Assembly: GCF_011386835.1 (NCBI RefSeq)
Contig: NC_088795.1
Location: 100,626,001 to 100,690,000 of the forward strand
Direction: 5' to 3'
Source of the DNA: Chrysemys picta bellii
Taxonomy: Eukaryota
Length of the DNA: 64,000 nt
The notes below the pieces were generated by a model. The model made no database searches. It was not told where the DNA came from and saw only the letters and a program-made list of their open reading frames with translations. Of this stretch, positions 13,348 through 25,764 are shown one piece after another (position 1 is the first letter of the stretch; the number at the start of each line of letters is the position of its first letter). A program made the position numbers and the translations under genes.

Positions 13348-15063
13348 CAAAACAGATTTTGAGTAAGACTAAGGTAGAGAAGAAATTTTCTTTGAGGAAG
13401 GTTTTGTGGTAAATAATGCTACAAAACACAAGATGATAAGCCTTCTTATAGTTAAGTAATAGTAAAACCTCATTCTACATATTTAAACTAGGATTTCTAA
13501 ATATTGTAACCCAAGAAACAAACTATAATAGTTCTCTCTGCAGGAAAACAAGGGTTGTTAAAACAGTGGTGGAAGAAAGTTTCAAGTAAATAATTCACTG
13601 ACTCAAATTTTCTGAGTTATGTGCATCAAATAGAGAAATAAAATACAATCCTTAAAGTATTTGCCATTATGCACTGTTGCTAAATGAATTTATGAGTATT
13701 TTTACAAATAGTTGCTAATGTTTTATGTTTTTTTGCATAAATGATAAAACTGAAATAGTCTTTGTTTATCCACTTACCAAATAAACTGGCAAGCTTGGAG
13801 AACAGGATTCCCCCAAGACTTTTCTAGCACTATAAAGCTGAAGTATTTTTTAGGACCTGCTGTTCACCAATATGCTGTAATATTAATGCTATAATATAGT
13901 CTATTTCAAGCATGACTACAGTTTGCCAGAGGTGGAAACCGGATGAAAAGATTTTATTTCTAATATGCTTCTTTTTTTTGTATTTTTTGAAAAAACTGAA
14001 GTAATTCTTACACGCAGGGAGTCAGATATCCAAGTGCGATATAATTACTTTGGAAAAGTAGTCTCTTTGTTTCATCTGAAAGCCTTCTCTGAAATTCTGA
14101 GTACTGCTAAGCAGTACTGAATTTCTCATTCTCCGAAATTATGGTTCAATTCTTATATTATATCCCACTATAATGCCCATCCCAAAACAGATCATTACTC
14201 ATTCTCGAATCTGAAACTGACAGAGCTGTCATAAAAACCTTATTAACCCTCCTATTACTAAAACATCACTCACAGCTGCCAGCATGATACTTTCAGTACA
14301 AAAAATGGATTGTTTCCCCACCATTTATTCCAGGAGATTATATACACGTCTATTTAAACCTGATATTTTATTTTTATGTTAATCTCTACTAAGAATTTTT
14401 GATGTAGTGTTTGAATATGTAGCCATTATGATAAATTCTGAAAAATTATGTACTAAATTAAGAATTGAAACCGGAAATAAAACTATGAAAATATACTGCA
14501 GCACCAGGATTTAATCTTTTCAGCCATTTAAGAAAGAGGGCTAACTAACAAATTAATGCTCCCACACCTGCAATTAGATCCAGAGGAGTAGACCCTTGCA
14601 TTTACAGTTTCTGAGCACAATCAATGAGGCTCCATACAGGTGCAAGAACAGTCTGTGTGAATCTGACTGCAAGTTGGGGCTCAGAGAAGCATAGCTTACA
14701 AATCCAGGAATTCTAAAAGTTTTTGAACATTTTCAAAGGATTGTTTGTGATTTTTCTTTTGAGGATTTAGTCATTCCCTAGAAACAGACAAAAGATTAGA
14801 ATTTAATGAAGAACCAGATTATTCTGCTCTCAGAAGAAATACTGTAGCAAGTCATAATGCACAAAAGGACTAAAATCAGAAGCTACATTTTCCACTGGGA
14901 ACACAACACCAGAAAGACAGAGAAAACAAAACAGTAGCATACAAATTTAATATGAATTCTCAACAGTTCTAGCATGAGAAACACCACCACCTACTGTTCA
15001 TACGATTACAGCTATTCACAGTAAATTTATTCAACTGTATTTTGCTCTCTTATTAAACAAAAT

Positions 15064-15090
15064 ATAATAATAATAATAATAATATAATAA
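15064..15090. repeat. (AAT)n microsatellite
   Basis: Direct reading. Confidence 0.9.
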
Positions 15091-17265
15091 AACATTTGGT
15101 TTTGTATTAATTTGTTTTTTGAAACTGTTGTAACACTTTACAAAGACTGTGTCCACAAACTATGTCTTAGACTGTTTTTGGTGTGTGACTAGGGAATAGT
15201 CACATGGCAATGTTCCTTCCTGCTCAGACTGGATGACCAAAAAAGAAAGGATATTAAAGAGGGCTTCATGGACACATTTTTCACAAGACTAACACACCAG
15301 GACTGTTCTTGTGATTGTGAACAATAGCTCTTCTTACTTTATGTTAATTATTATTTACTATAGTTCTATTAGGTACTTAACAAGGCAGTATATCTAGCAG
15401 CAGCCAACAGAACATTCATTTTAACAAGTCTTTCACTGGGTCATTTGCTTGTACAAAACTACTCAAATAAGTGTCACTCCAATCTAGATCTGCCTATTTT
15501 TATTTTTTGATCTAGAGATGTAAAGCTTGAAAGGTTCCATGGTTTGTGACATTTACACCCACACCCAATTTATCCTATGAAGTTTAATAGAGAACTCAGT
15601 CTTTTCCATAATATTTTTTAAAACCACATATAGCTGGTACAAAAGCAAGTATAAAGTGCTCTATTCAGTTCTTCAGGCTGATTTAGAACTTCTGTAGGAA
15701 GGACCTTTTACACACTATATGTTTAAGAGTAATTTTTATAGAAGATGGTTGGTTTCATCCTTTTGAAATTCTACTGACCTGATTCTCAGGTCTGGGCAAG
15801 CTTGTCTTTTCCACTACACCAGATTATGAGGCTGTTAAGGCAACTAGCTATTCCTAGAGTGCAGAAGCATTCCAGCTACTGTACCTTTCCGTTGGCCACA
15901 TCCCATGAATGCATCCTATCAAATGCATTGTCACAGAACAGCTGCAATCAATTTACAGCCTGAAGCATGAAAGTTTATTACCCCATTATTGCATGAAAAC
16001 TATCCTGGTAGGAATTGTGCAAAATATTATAAGAACGTTAAGAATGGCCATAGTGAGTTGGACCAATGGTCCATCAAGCCCAGTATCCTGTCTTCCGACA
16101 AGTGGCTGGCGCCAGATGCTTCAGAGGGAATGAACAGAACAGGGTAATTATCGAGTGATCCACCTCATCATCCAGTCCTAGCTTCTGGCAATCAGAGGTT
16201 TAGGGACACCCAGAGCATGGGGTTGCATCCCTGACCATCTTGGCTAATAGCCATTGATGGACCTATCCTCAAATGAACTTATCTAATTCTTTTTTAAACC
16301 CAGTTATACTTTTGGCCTTCACAACATCCCCTGGCAACAAGTTCCACAGTGCGTTGTGTGCTGTTTGAAGAAATACTTCCTTTTCTTTGTTTTAAATCAG
16401 CTGCCTATTCATTTCATTGGGTGACCCCTGGTTCTTGTATTATGTGAAGTGATAAATAACACTTCCTTATTCACTTTCTCCATATCACTCATGATTTTAT
16501 AGACCTCTATCAGGTCCCTTTCTCATTTGTCTCTTTTCTAAACTGAGGAGTCCCAGGCTTTTTTAATCTCTCCTCATTTGGAAGCAGTTTAATACCCCTA
16601 ATCATTTTTATTGCCCTTCCCTGTACTTTTTCCAATTCTAATATATCCTTTTTAGAGATGGGGTGATCAGAACTGCACATAATATTCAAGATGGGGGTGT
16701 GCTATGCATTTATATAGTGGCATTATGATATTTTCTGTCTTATTAGCTATCCCTTTTCTAATGGTTCCTAACACTCTGTTAACTTTTTTGACTGCAGCTG
16801 CACATTGAGCAGATGTTTTCAGAGAACTATCTACAAGGACTCCAAGATCTCTTTCTTGAGTGGTAAAAGCTAATTTATACCCCTCGTTTTGTATTTAGAG
16901 TTGGGATTATGTTTTCCATTGTGCATTACTCTGCATTTATCAACATTGAATTTCATCTGTCATTTCGTTGCCCAGTAACTCAGTTTTGTGAGATCCCTTT
17001 GTAACTCTTCGCAGTCAGTGTTGGACTTAACTATCTTAAGTAATTTGTTACTGTCTGCAAACTTTGCCACCCGGCTGTTTACCCTTTTTTCCAGATGATT
17101 TATGAATATGTTGAACAGCATAGGAGCCAGTACAGATCCTTTGGGGACACCACTATTTACCTCTCTCCACTGTAAAAACTGTCCATTACTCCTAATCTTT
17201 ATTCCTTATCTTGTACTCAATTACTGATTCATGAGGGGACCTTCCTTCCTATCCAATGACTGCTT

Positions 17266-17998
17266 TACTCCTGGGGAATTCTTCGCCAAAAATTAAAAAT
17301 TCTGCATCAAAAAATTAAAAGTTTTGCATACAATATTGTAAAATTCTGCAAATTTTATTTGTCAAAATAATACTACATAATCAAGCCAATTTCAATTATT
17401 TTGTTTATTTCAAAACTAGGGTGACCAGATGTCCCAATTTTATAGGGACAGTCCCGATTTTTGGGTCTTTTTCTTATATTGGCTCCTATTACCCCCCACC
17501 CCGTCCTGATTTTACACATTTGCTGTCTGGTCACCCTATTTCAAAACACCTGTCAGCAAGTATGTCTCTAACAACACAGACACACACAAGAATTCCCTCA
17601 GGAGTAGAGTGTTAAAGAAACACCTATGACCAACCCAGTTCCTGTTTCTCTGCACCCATCCCCATCCAAGAGCCCAGCGGGGAGCGCAGCCACCAACAAC
17701 CCCTCCCCCAGAGTCCACCCACAGGGCCCCCCGCAGCCAATACACCCAAACCTCCTTCCCCCCAAGCCTAGCCGTGGGCCCCCCCGCAGCCCAGACACCA
17801 GCTCCCCTCCCTCCCCAAATGCAGCTGCGGCTCCCCCAGCAAAGACATTAACCCACTCCCTCCCAGAACCCAGCTGCCCCCTAGTGGTGACAGCAGCACT
17901 GCAGTCTGTTTCTGTGGGGGAAAGGAAATTCTGTGCAAAAACCATTAATTTCTGCAAAATTCTGCATTGCACAGTGGTGCAGAATTCCCCCAGGAGTA
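17266..17998. mobile_element. Non-autonomous DNA transposon with TIR tactcctggggaattct and 6-7 bp target duplication
   Basis: Left tactcctggggaattct, right agaattcccccaggagta; ctgctt at 17260-17265 and 17999-18004; removal restores the CR1. Confidence 0.8.
17417..17538. mobile_element. 122-bp hAT MITE (TIR tagggtgaccaga), nested in 17266-17998
   Basis: TIRs intact; (t)ttcaaaac duplicated on both sides; same family as 19634-19758 in opposite orientation. Confidence 0.88.
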
Positions 17999-19633
17999 CT
18001 GCTTACTTTATGTAAGAGCCTTTGGTGTTTGCACTTTTCAAAGGCTTTCTGAAAATCCAAGTACACTCTATCAATTGGATCACTCTTGTCCATATGCTTG
18101 TTGACATCCTCAAAGAATTCTAGCAGACTGGTGAGGCATGACTTCCCTTTACCAAAGCCATGTTGACTCTTTCCCAACATATCATGTTTATCTTTGTATC
18201 TTATAATTCTGTTCTTTACTATATTTCAACCAATTTGTCTACTGCTGAAGTTAACAAGTTCTTTGAAAAGAAGCCAAGATAAAGTAGAGCAGTTGTGTAT
18301 ATACTAAGCTAGTCTTAACTGTCCATCATAATAAACCCTTGGGAGAGAGAGATGCACAAAAGGTAAATATCTTACATTAGTAAGAAATTCAAAGTAGAAA
18401 AAGTGAATAGTAAGCTATAGTGAATGAGTTTAACACTCTGGTTTCTATTCATAAATAGATATATACATGAGGGAAGAGAAAGAAATTCACATATATTTAC
18501 ACAGAAAAGGGAGAAAAGTGACCAAATCATGTAAATAGATCCCCTAATTAATACTTACTGCTCACATCTTAGCTTCCCTTATTTCTGCAGCTACAATGTT
18601 TATCCAGCTGTAGATTGTTAAGACAGTATCTTGCAGCTGCAGTGCACAGCCAATCCCCAGAGGAAGAGCCAGAATATGCAATCTAGGTGGTATTTCTTTT
18701 TTAAAAAGAGAAACTTTGAAATCACGTGTAAGACTATTTTTGTCAAGGACATCAAATTTGCAAAACTTAGCAGATTCACTGCATAGCTCAAGTTAAGCAG
18801 CACTCTATATCCCTATTCTATTCAAGTTCTTATACTGTGCCCTCACCATGAGCACTTGTGAGCGATGAATTAAGTGGTGTGACTGGTATCTGTCATGTAC
18901 GGTGACTTTCCCATTCCTCTGCTCTTTCCAGCAGGGAAAAAGGTGTAAGGATTTGTCTTTGTTTGTTATGAAGCACTAGGTTTTTATTACAGAAGGCCAG
19001 GTTGAAGAATTGTGCTTTGCACTTGGAACTGAAAGTAGTGAGCTTTGGGGTGATGCTTTAGAGAAAAACCATACAGCAAATCTGTAAAATTACAAAGGAG
19101 GTATATAAACCCTTTTATGCTATTTGTGGGCTCCTCTTGCTCTTGCATGTTGCATTAACATTTGGAAGTCAGAAATCCTGACTCTATGGGCAATGGTCTT
19201 CAGTTTCATTTTTGCTTGTTCAACTTTTAGTCCAAAATAATAAAAGCCTTGGGGGACAAGACTCCCTTTTCATTGTTCTTGGTGTGCCTTATGTAAACTC
19301 CCTATAAGATTTCTAAAAATGGTTTAAGAAATTCACAGAAATGAACACCACCTAATTAGAGGTAGGCAAAAATTCACTAGCTACTCTCTGGGAAAGTTTT
19401 TTATTTTCATCCCTTCCTACAGCCATATTCTATTTTTTTAAAAAGTCAATCGATTGAGATTCCTTAAAGGAATTAAAGGAAAAAATTAAGAGGCGGGAGA
19501 TAAGAAATCACTATTTAATATGAAGGTTTAAAGAAGGCAAATGTTATGGACTGAGGGTACATAGTTAGAACTAAATTCAGACCAGTTTTAAGCAGATACA
19601 ACTCCACTGTGATCAGAAATGTTACATCCCTTT

Positions 19634-19758
19634 TAGGGTGACCAGACAGCAAGTGTGAAAAATCAGAACAGGGGGTGGGGGGGTAATAGGTGCCTATGTA
19701 GGAAAAAGCTCCAAAAATCAGGACTGTCCCTATAAAATCGGGACATCTGGTCACCCTA
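19634..19758. mobile_element. 125-bp hAT MITE (TIR tagggtgaccaga)
   Basis: Perfect 8-bp TSD atcccttt (19626-19633, 19759-19766). Confidence 0.9.
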
Positions 19759-20264
19759 ATCCCTTTACACCAGGTAGATGTGAATTTTGCCTTTGAGAGC
19801 TCAGTTCTATGGCCAATACGCCAATATATAGCGATACTGTAGTTTCTTTTGATGATACATAGTGATCCTCACTCTGTACTAAAAGGCATCAATGAGAAAA
19901 CAATTATTTTCACAGAATTAATTAAAGGAAATAGGTATAACAAGGTATGCCCCATCCTCTGCCCCCACTTTTCTTTAGCTAGCTGGTGTAATGCAGTCAC
20001 AGATACTATTGTAGATATAACCTAGAGTTGAAAAATAAAAGCTCCATAGCTGAGTACGCCATGCTATGACACAAAAGAGGGTGGGAAACGGCAATGGAAA
20101 TGAGCCACCTGGCAGCTGATTAAATAGCAACCAAAAATTAATACAGGTAGTTCTCCTCAAGCTATTTAAATTGTCACCACCCTACTTAGCAAACATAGGT
20201 ACAGGAGATTAGTACTTCAGCGGTCATTTAGGGCTGCTTGTGTGCAGCCAGATATGGCTCTTAC

Positions 20265-20404
20265 CATCATGTCGGCTGGGAGAATCACATCCTTTCTGTG
20301 GAGTTGCCACTCGAAGGAATATCTGTTGTCTCCATGAATGCCGGCGAGTCCTTACAGGGGTGTCATTGCCAACATCCAGCTGGCTTTGTTTAGACTCATA
20401 GTCA
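20265..20404 (-). CDS. TBC1D1: TBC1D1 exon (140 nt)
   Basis: DYESKQSQLDVGNDTPVRTRRHSWRQQIFLRVATPQKGCDSPSRHD; tttag|T ... G|gtaaga; phase 2-1. Confidence 0.96.
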
Positions 20405-20869
20405 CTAAAATTACAGAGTACAGAAAGGCTTATGAATAAGTTATGACAGACACAAGAGTCGTCTAATGACATTGAAGTGTTAGGTTTCAGGGGACATAAA
20501 AACCAAAGCTATCAAGGAAGGAAGGCTGTGTCCCCCACACATGCTGGGTCAGCATCCATGTGTTAAATGGGTGAAATTCACCCCATTGCTGCAGGTCTGC
20601 ACAAGGTCATACGTATCACTCAAGTTAGTGATTGGGCATATGGCTTTGTGCAGAGTTTGCTTTCCAAGATTTAATTAACTTATTGTCAACATTTTACAAT
20701 TTATTTTGTGATAATACCTAAATACACACAATGTGTAGCAGGTGTACATACAGAACGGTGAAAACAGTGCATATACACACTAACAAACTTTTACATTATT
20801 TGTTAACAGCACTTTTCATTTCTCTAATGACTTTAATTAGTGAATCTCAAGGAGCTCTATTAACATCAG

Positions 20870-21030
20870 TTAAAACTCTCAACTCCCTGTGAATTAGGTG
20901 CATATCATACTCCTTTTTCATATACATAAAATAAGTAACATAGAGGTTAAGTGACTTTCTCCAAGTCACACTATAAAAATCAGTCACAGAGCTAAAAATA
21001 GTCCCCAGAAACCGGCCTTCTATTCCTTTG
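20870..21030 (-). mobile_element. Ancient MIR/CORE-SINE remnant
   Basis: …agaggttaagtgactttctccaagtcacac…cagagctaaaaatag… resembles the reverse MIR core. Confidence 0.5.
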
Positions 21031-21640
21031 GTCTAATTGATAGGCTTCACAAAGAGCGTTTTGTTAAAATTCAGAATTAAATAATGAACAACAATTATAT
21101 CTGTCCCTTTAAAAATCCCACTATTACCTCTTCTAGGAACTCAAATCATTCTTTATTTTTCTTTTTAGCTACCATGGATTGAGAGTGTTGTGGGAATTTG
21201 TGTTGAATGCTGAAGGGGACAAATAAGCTTCAAAGAGCACTGGTAGTAATTGATTTTCTAGGCCAGGAACCATTTCAATAGGCTCATTCCAGCCTGAGAA
21301 CATTGATGTAGTGTGGGATGTATCCTGTATTTTCTTAATGGTGAACTGGTAATATGGATATGCCCCTTTGGACAGGAGTAGTCAGATAGTGGGAATTAAA
21401 GTTGTATTATCACAACATCTGGGTTCAGAAATGGACAGCAGATCCATAGTCATTATAGAACAGAAACCATGGTAACCTCCCGACCTTTGATGGGATCCTC
21501 ATTTAGCTTACTTCATCTATTACATGCAAGTGAATGATAAATTATTAATTTCTACAAATGCATAAAGTGCTCTCAAAATTAAAACAAAGAATCCTTTGAA
21601 TGATACAGTTTTACCTCCAGGCTTAAAGACAGAACCCTAC

Positions 21641-21760
21641 CTTTTTGCGCTCCTAAAGTCAGAGGTGTTATTTTCATCTACGGGAGCCAGAAATTTTAAG
21701 AAATTTGGCACAGAGGAGGAAGAATGAAGCTTTTTCCGTAGGGCAATACGGTAGGAGATG
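21641..21760 (-). CDS. TBC1D1: TBC1D1 cassette exon B (120 nt), muscle-isoform insert part 2
   Basis: (S)ISYRIALRKKLHSSSSVPNFLKFLAPVDENNTSDFRSAK matches mammalian SYRNALRKKLHSSSSVPNFLKFLAPVDENNT. ctcag|C ... AG|gtaggg; symmetric phase 2-2. Confidence 0.93.
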
Positions 21761-22618
21761 CTGAGAGTGCAGTTGGGAAAAGTGCAGTTTAGAATGAGGA
21801 AGTGTAAATATGCAGAATAAAAAAAAAAATACACAGTGCAAGCTTCAAAACAAAAATACTTTTAGGCATGAATACCAAGGAAAACAAAGTAAAAACTAAA
21901 ATTGTGTGACAAGTTCTACTCTGAAATCATATTTGGGTCACCTAACTGCTCCAGTATTCATATACTTTAACAAATTAATTATCTGCTATGCTCAAGGATT
22001 CATCACCCATGTTTCAACTATATTTATTTAATCCTGTAAGAATTCATGGCTATTCTATAGCCAAACAACTGCTAAAATTGGTAGGTACATGTTCCAGTGT
22101 CCTACATTTTTGGAGGGGTGGGGGTAGAAAAAAGTTGACACTTCTGTAACTGGTATGGGGAGGGAGAGCAGCAACTGAATAAGCTGACTATGCAAAAGTG
22201 CCTACTAACATAGTAACTTCCACACAACAATAGAATTTTCAGCATCTGATTGTTTGGGTTTGTTACTCTTGTGTGACAGGTAGAAGCACCAATCAAATCT
22301 CACTAGAAGCATTTCAGCAAATATAACTCTTGTTCCCAACCTTTGTCTCCTAAACTACCTACATGAAGCTCCTACAGCACTCAGAGGAACATTAATGGGT
22401 AGTGGTTTAACAAAAGCAGCTGAGTTAATGACAATTTCTGACTGGAATGGAAGCTGATAAAGTCATCTGGTGTGTGGTAACTAAAAGGTAACATTGCTAA
22501 GAACTAAGATATCATACCAAAATACGCTACTTGGGGTGGGTTATTCTTTATGGGCCTCTGTAAGTCTCTCTTGTTGAAGCTGTTCCACTTTGTATGAAAC
22601 ACTTGAATAGTCATTGAG

Positions 22619-23099
22619 CTAGAAAGAATTATTCTATAGCCTGGTGGTTAGAACGCTCGCTGGGAAGGTAGGAGACCCAAGTTCATGACCCTACTCCAAT
22701 GATGAATTATTTATACACAATGGGACAGATTCAGCATGAGATTGAGATCCCCCACACCAGAATATCCCATAACCCAATGGCTAGGATGCTCTTCTGCAAT
22801 GTTGGAGACACAAGAACAAATCTCTTTTCCACAACAGGCAAAAGGGGGAATTGAACCCTGGTCTCCCATATTCCAAGTGCGGGCCCTAGCCACTGTGATA
22901 AAAGTTATAAAGGGAGGCCATGGCAACACCTCTTCCCCATCTCTTTCTGTTTTGTGACTGGTGCCTAGTCCCAAAAGAAAAAATGTTTTGACTGAAACTA
23001 TTTAGTGAATTCACATCAAAGTCACAAACAGTTTCAGGTTGATTAAAATTGCATTGTTGGTGAATAAATTATTCATCCAAAAAATTTCACCCATCTCTA
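22619..23099. mobile_element. Old repeat with several tRNA-like heads in opposite orientations
   Basis: A/B-box-like units on + (22636-22692, about 22768-22825) and on - (22844-22900); ends in tttcacccatctctag. Confidence 0.5.
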
Positions 23100-23225
23100 G
23101 TTTTAGGGAGCAGGGGTCTTCTCACCATAAGGTGAAAAGGCAGAGTGAATAGCCCTGTCTGTAATTTTCCTCTCCACAAATGCTTTGGCTATAAGGACAA
23201 GAATATCAAACTATCACTTGATATT

Positions 23226-23381
23226 GGGGGAGTGATAGCTCAGTGGTTTGAGCATTGGCCTGCTAAACCCAGGGTTGTGAGTTTAATCCTTGAAGGGGCC
23301 ATTTGGGGATTGGTTCTGCTTTGAGCAGGGGGTTGGACTAAATGACCTCCTGAGGTCCCTTCCAACCCTGATATTGTATGG
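23226..23381 (+). mobile_element. Turtle tRNA-derived SINE with CR1-type 3' tail
   Basis: Head gatagctcagtggtttgagcattggcctgctaaacccagggttgtgagtttaatcc, tail ggactaaatgacctcctgaggtcccttccaaccctgatattgtatg. Confidence 0.88.
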
Positions 23382-23810
23382 TACTGAATAACTCTCCACA
23401 AGTCAGACTTTTATTACCCTTTTCACCTGGTCAAATTTCCAACTCTTAGCAAGTCACTTTCTCCCTCTCCCCTTTTCAACCACAAAGGAGCAGGGACCAG
23501 TATCAGTGTTACTTTGAACAAGGCAGAGAGTGAAACTGAAAAATTCTGGCGAAACAGAGAGAGTGAGAGAGTCCTTGACATCGAAGCCTCAGGCACAGTT
23601 TAACCAGCACTGCTTTCTGATTCATCACAAGAGCAACTGACCACAACATATCATCTGTGTGTGAGAGCACCTGAAGTAATTTCATTCAGTCAAAATGAAA
23701 AATTAGATCAAGTGCCCTATGATAAAATGCACTACTACAAAACGTTAGGAGAGGAGTTTATTTTCCCCTCATGTAAACACATCCCCTCTGGTAGGATTGT
23801 ATTAATAATT

Positions 23811-23838
23811 ATTTATTATTATTATTATTATTATTATT
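23811..23838. repeat. (ATT)n microsatellite
   Basis: Direct reading; about 100 nt downstream of cassette exon A. Confidence 0.9.
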
Positions 23839-23938
23839 CAGTCACTGTGCACATAGTGAGTGAGGATAATGCAGTGGTGTGTGTTTATGGTACAATAAAA
23901 CAAACACTCCCAAAACTATATACAGCTGCTATCCTCAC

Positions 23939-24097
23939 CTCTTTTGTGCAACATGCCCACATTGTTCTCTGCTTGAATTATGCTTTAGATATTTTAAAAA
24001 AGTGGGTGAAGAGGCCGAGGGATTAAGACGAGCTAGAGGAGAGGGAGCTGAAGATTGACCAGAACAGCTTTCAGACTCGCCAACAGATGTGCTCAAA
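23939..24097 (-). CDS. TBC1D1: TBC1D1 cassette exon A (159 nt), muscle-isoform insert part 1
   Basis: (N)LSTSVGESESCSGQSSAPSPLARLNPSASSPTFLKYLKHNSSREQCGHVAQK(S) matches the mammalian long-isoform insert (RLNPSASSPNFFKYLKHNSSGEQSG). ttcag|T ... AG|gtgagg; symmetric phase 2-2. Confidence 0.9.
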
Positions 24098-25764
24098 CTG
24101 AACAGTGGGATTCCAGCCATGTGGGAGGGATGAGGTAAGAAAGAGAGAGAGAGAACAAATCTCAGAAACAGAGAAAAATGAAATGAGATTGCTTATCTAG
24201 CCTCATTTTAAAATGTCCTACTACTGCCAGATAACAATTACATAAATTTCTGATTTACAGCTCTATCTGTAAGGCACTGAGCACTGTAACCTAATCCAGC
24301 AAACTACAGAAGCGTTTGCTTACAGGCCCTGATTCAGCAGGGTACTTAAGCACATGCCTAAATTTATACACATGTTCAAGTGCTTCGCTGGATTGGGGCC
24401 AAAATGCTCAGCATCTTGCAGGATGGTGTCTACATGCACTGTGGAAACTACCTCTAAACCAGGGGTAAGATTTTTCAAAGGAATCTAAGTAATTTACTAA
24501 TCTAAATCTCATTGAAAGTTATTGGGATTTGGGCCTAAATCCCTTGGGCTCTTTTGAAAATTTTATCCTACAAATTTTTCTGAGAGCTCCATTTTCCCAA
24601 CATCGTGTACTTATTGCTTTTATTAGCTTGCCGTAGTATACCACTAAGGGCCCAATCCTTTGAGGATTAAGTGCTCTCAGCTGCTCCCACTGACATCCTA
24701 GGATGGGACCAAAACAGGAATGGCAAAGGAAATTAAACATATATTCAACGTTTAGCTATAGTCCCACAGTAAAATAGGAATGAACTGAGAAAGCAGAAGC
24801 AAGTAGAAAGTTTTAAGGAGGCACTTGTAAAGTTAAACCAACAAGTGCTAAATTGCACCACAAAAGCCATTTAGCATTTAAGGAACAAAAAGGTTCAAAG
24901 AAGAGACAAAAAGGCAACTCGGGTTATGTTTCCTTTTAAATAACAAAATTCTCTTTTTTCACTGTCATCATCTATCTCAAGCATTTACCTTTACCACTCT
25001 GCCTTCTGCAGGAAAAGTGAGCCAGCACAGAGACAGATTTACTACTGTCTAACTTGTGTAAACCAGCAGTTTTGGCAGAGAAACAGAAGTCTACAGACAA
25101 GAATGTTTCCACAGTAACTGGAAAAAGCCAGAGAGAGAGGGAGGGTGAGGGGTGGTGGAGGGGAAGTCCCATAAAGCTTAGTGAGATTTCACGGATGTAT
25201 AAGCAAGCCCTTAAAGGAGGACATCTGAAGAGTATTAGCAAGAAGACTATTAAAAATTTATTTTTGTTAGTGAAACTTTGCAGCTTAATCAAGAATTGCT
25301 TTTATTGCACTGGCTGGTTAAAACTGGACAAGGGTCTGTCCTCTGACACCGATTAGAGAATTTTTTCATTTTTTAAACAGGATTCCTCTTCATAAATATG
25401 AAATAGAGAGGCACCACAAGAACCAGCTATTATTTAGACTGCTTTCAGATACACCCAGCAAGAACTATTTCACATTAGTTGCACAGGCAAATTAATCTCT
25501 CATCATCCACTTATATCATGCTTGTGTAGTAAAATGGCTTTCTGACACTTACTGTGGAATTGCAAGTTTCAGGTTTCGTCTCCCTCCTTGAACAATACCA
25601 AATGAGCAGAGAATATAACGTGTTTTACGCGGATGACACACTGCTCTAACACTAAGCATTACGTTTCTCTTTTGCTAAATGAACATACCTGATATGCAAT
25701 GAACATCCCATAATTTGCCCCAAATATCTATCAAACAATATCCTGCTTTTAAAATGAGTCTTAC

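Larger units (their letters stand above)
16028..18256 (-). mobile_element. CR1 LINE 3' portion (RT to 3' end), interrupted by a TIR element at 17266-17998
   Basis: 3' terminus ataagaac…aagaatggcc at 16028; RT motif QHGFGKGKSCLTSLLEFFEDVNKHMDKSDPIDRVYLDFQKAF at about 18030-18180. Confidence 0.9.

Noticed and set aside
14091-14125. Small hairpin gaaattc-tg-agtactgc-taa-gcagtact-gaatttc
   Set aside because: Short and bulged; could arise by chance in AT-rich DNA and has no further support.
17408-17547. Apparent 9-bp TSD on the 122-bp MITE
   Set aside because: The sister copy at 19634 has a clean 8-bp TSD, and the extra base lies in a T-run.
23226-23300. tRNA gene (also 55520-55595 and 58305-58380)
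   Set aside because: These are tRNA-derived SINE heads fused to retroposon tails, without a complete cloverleaf or acceptor stem.
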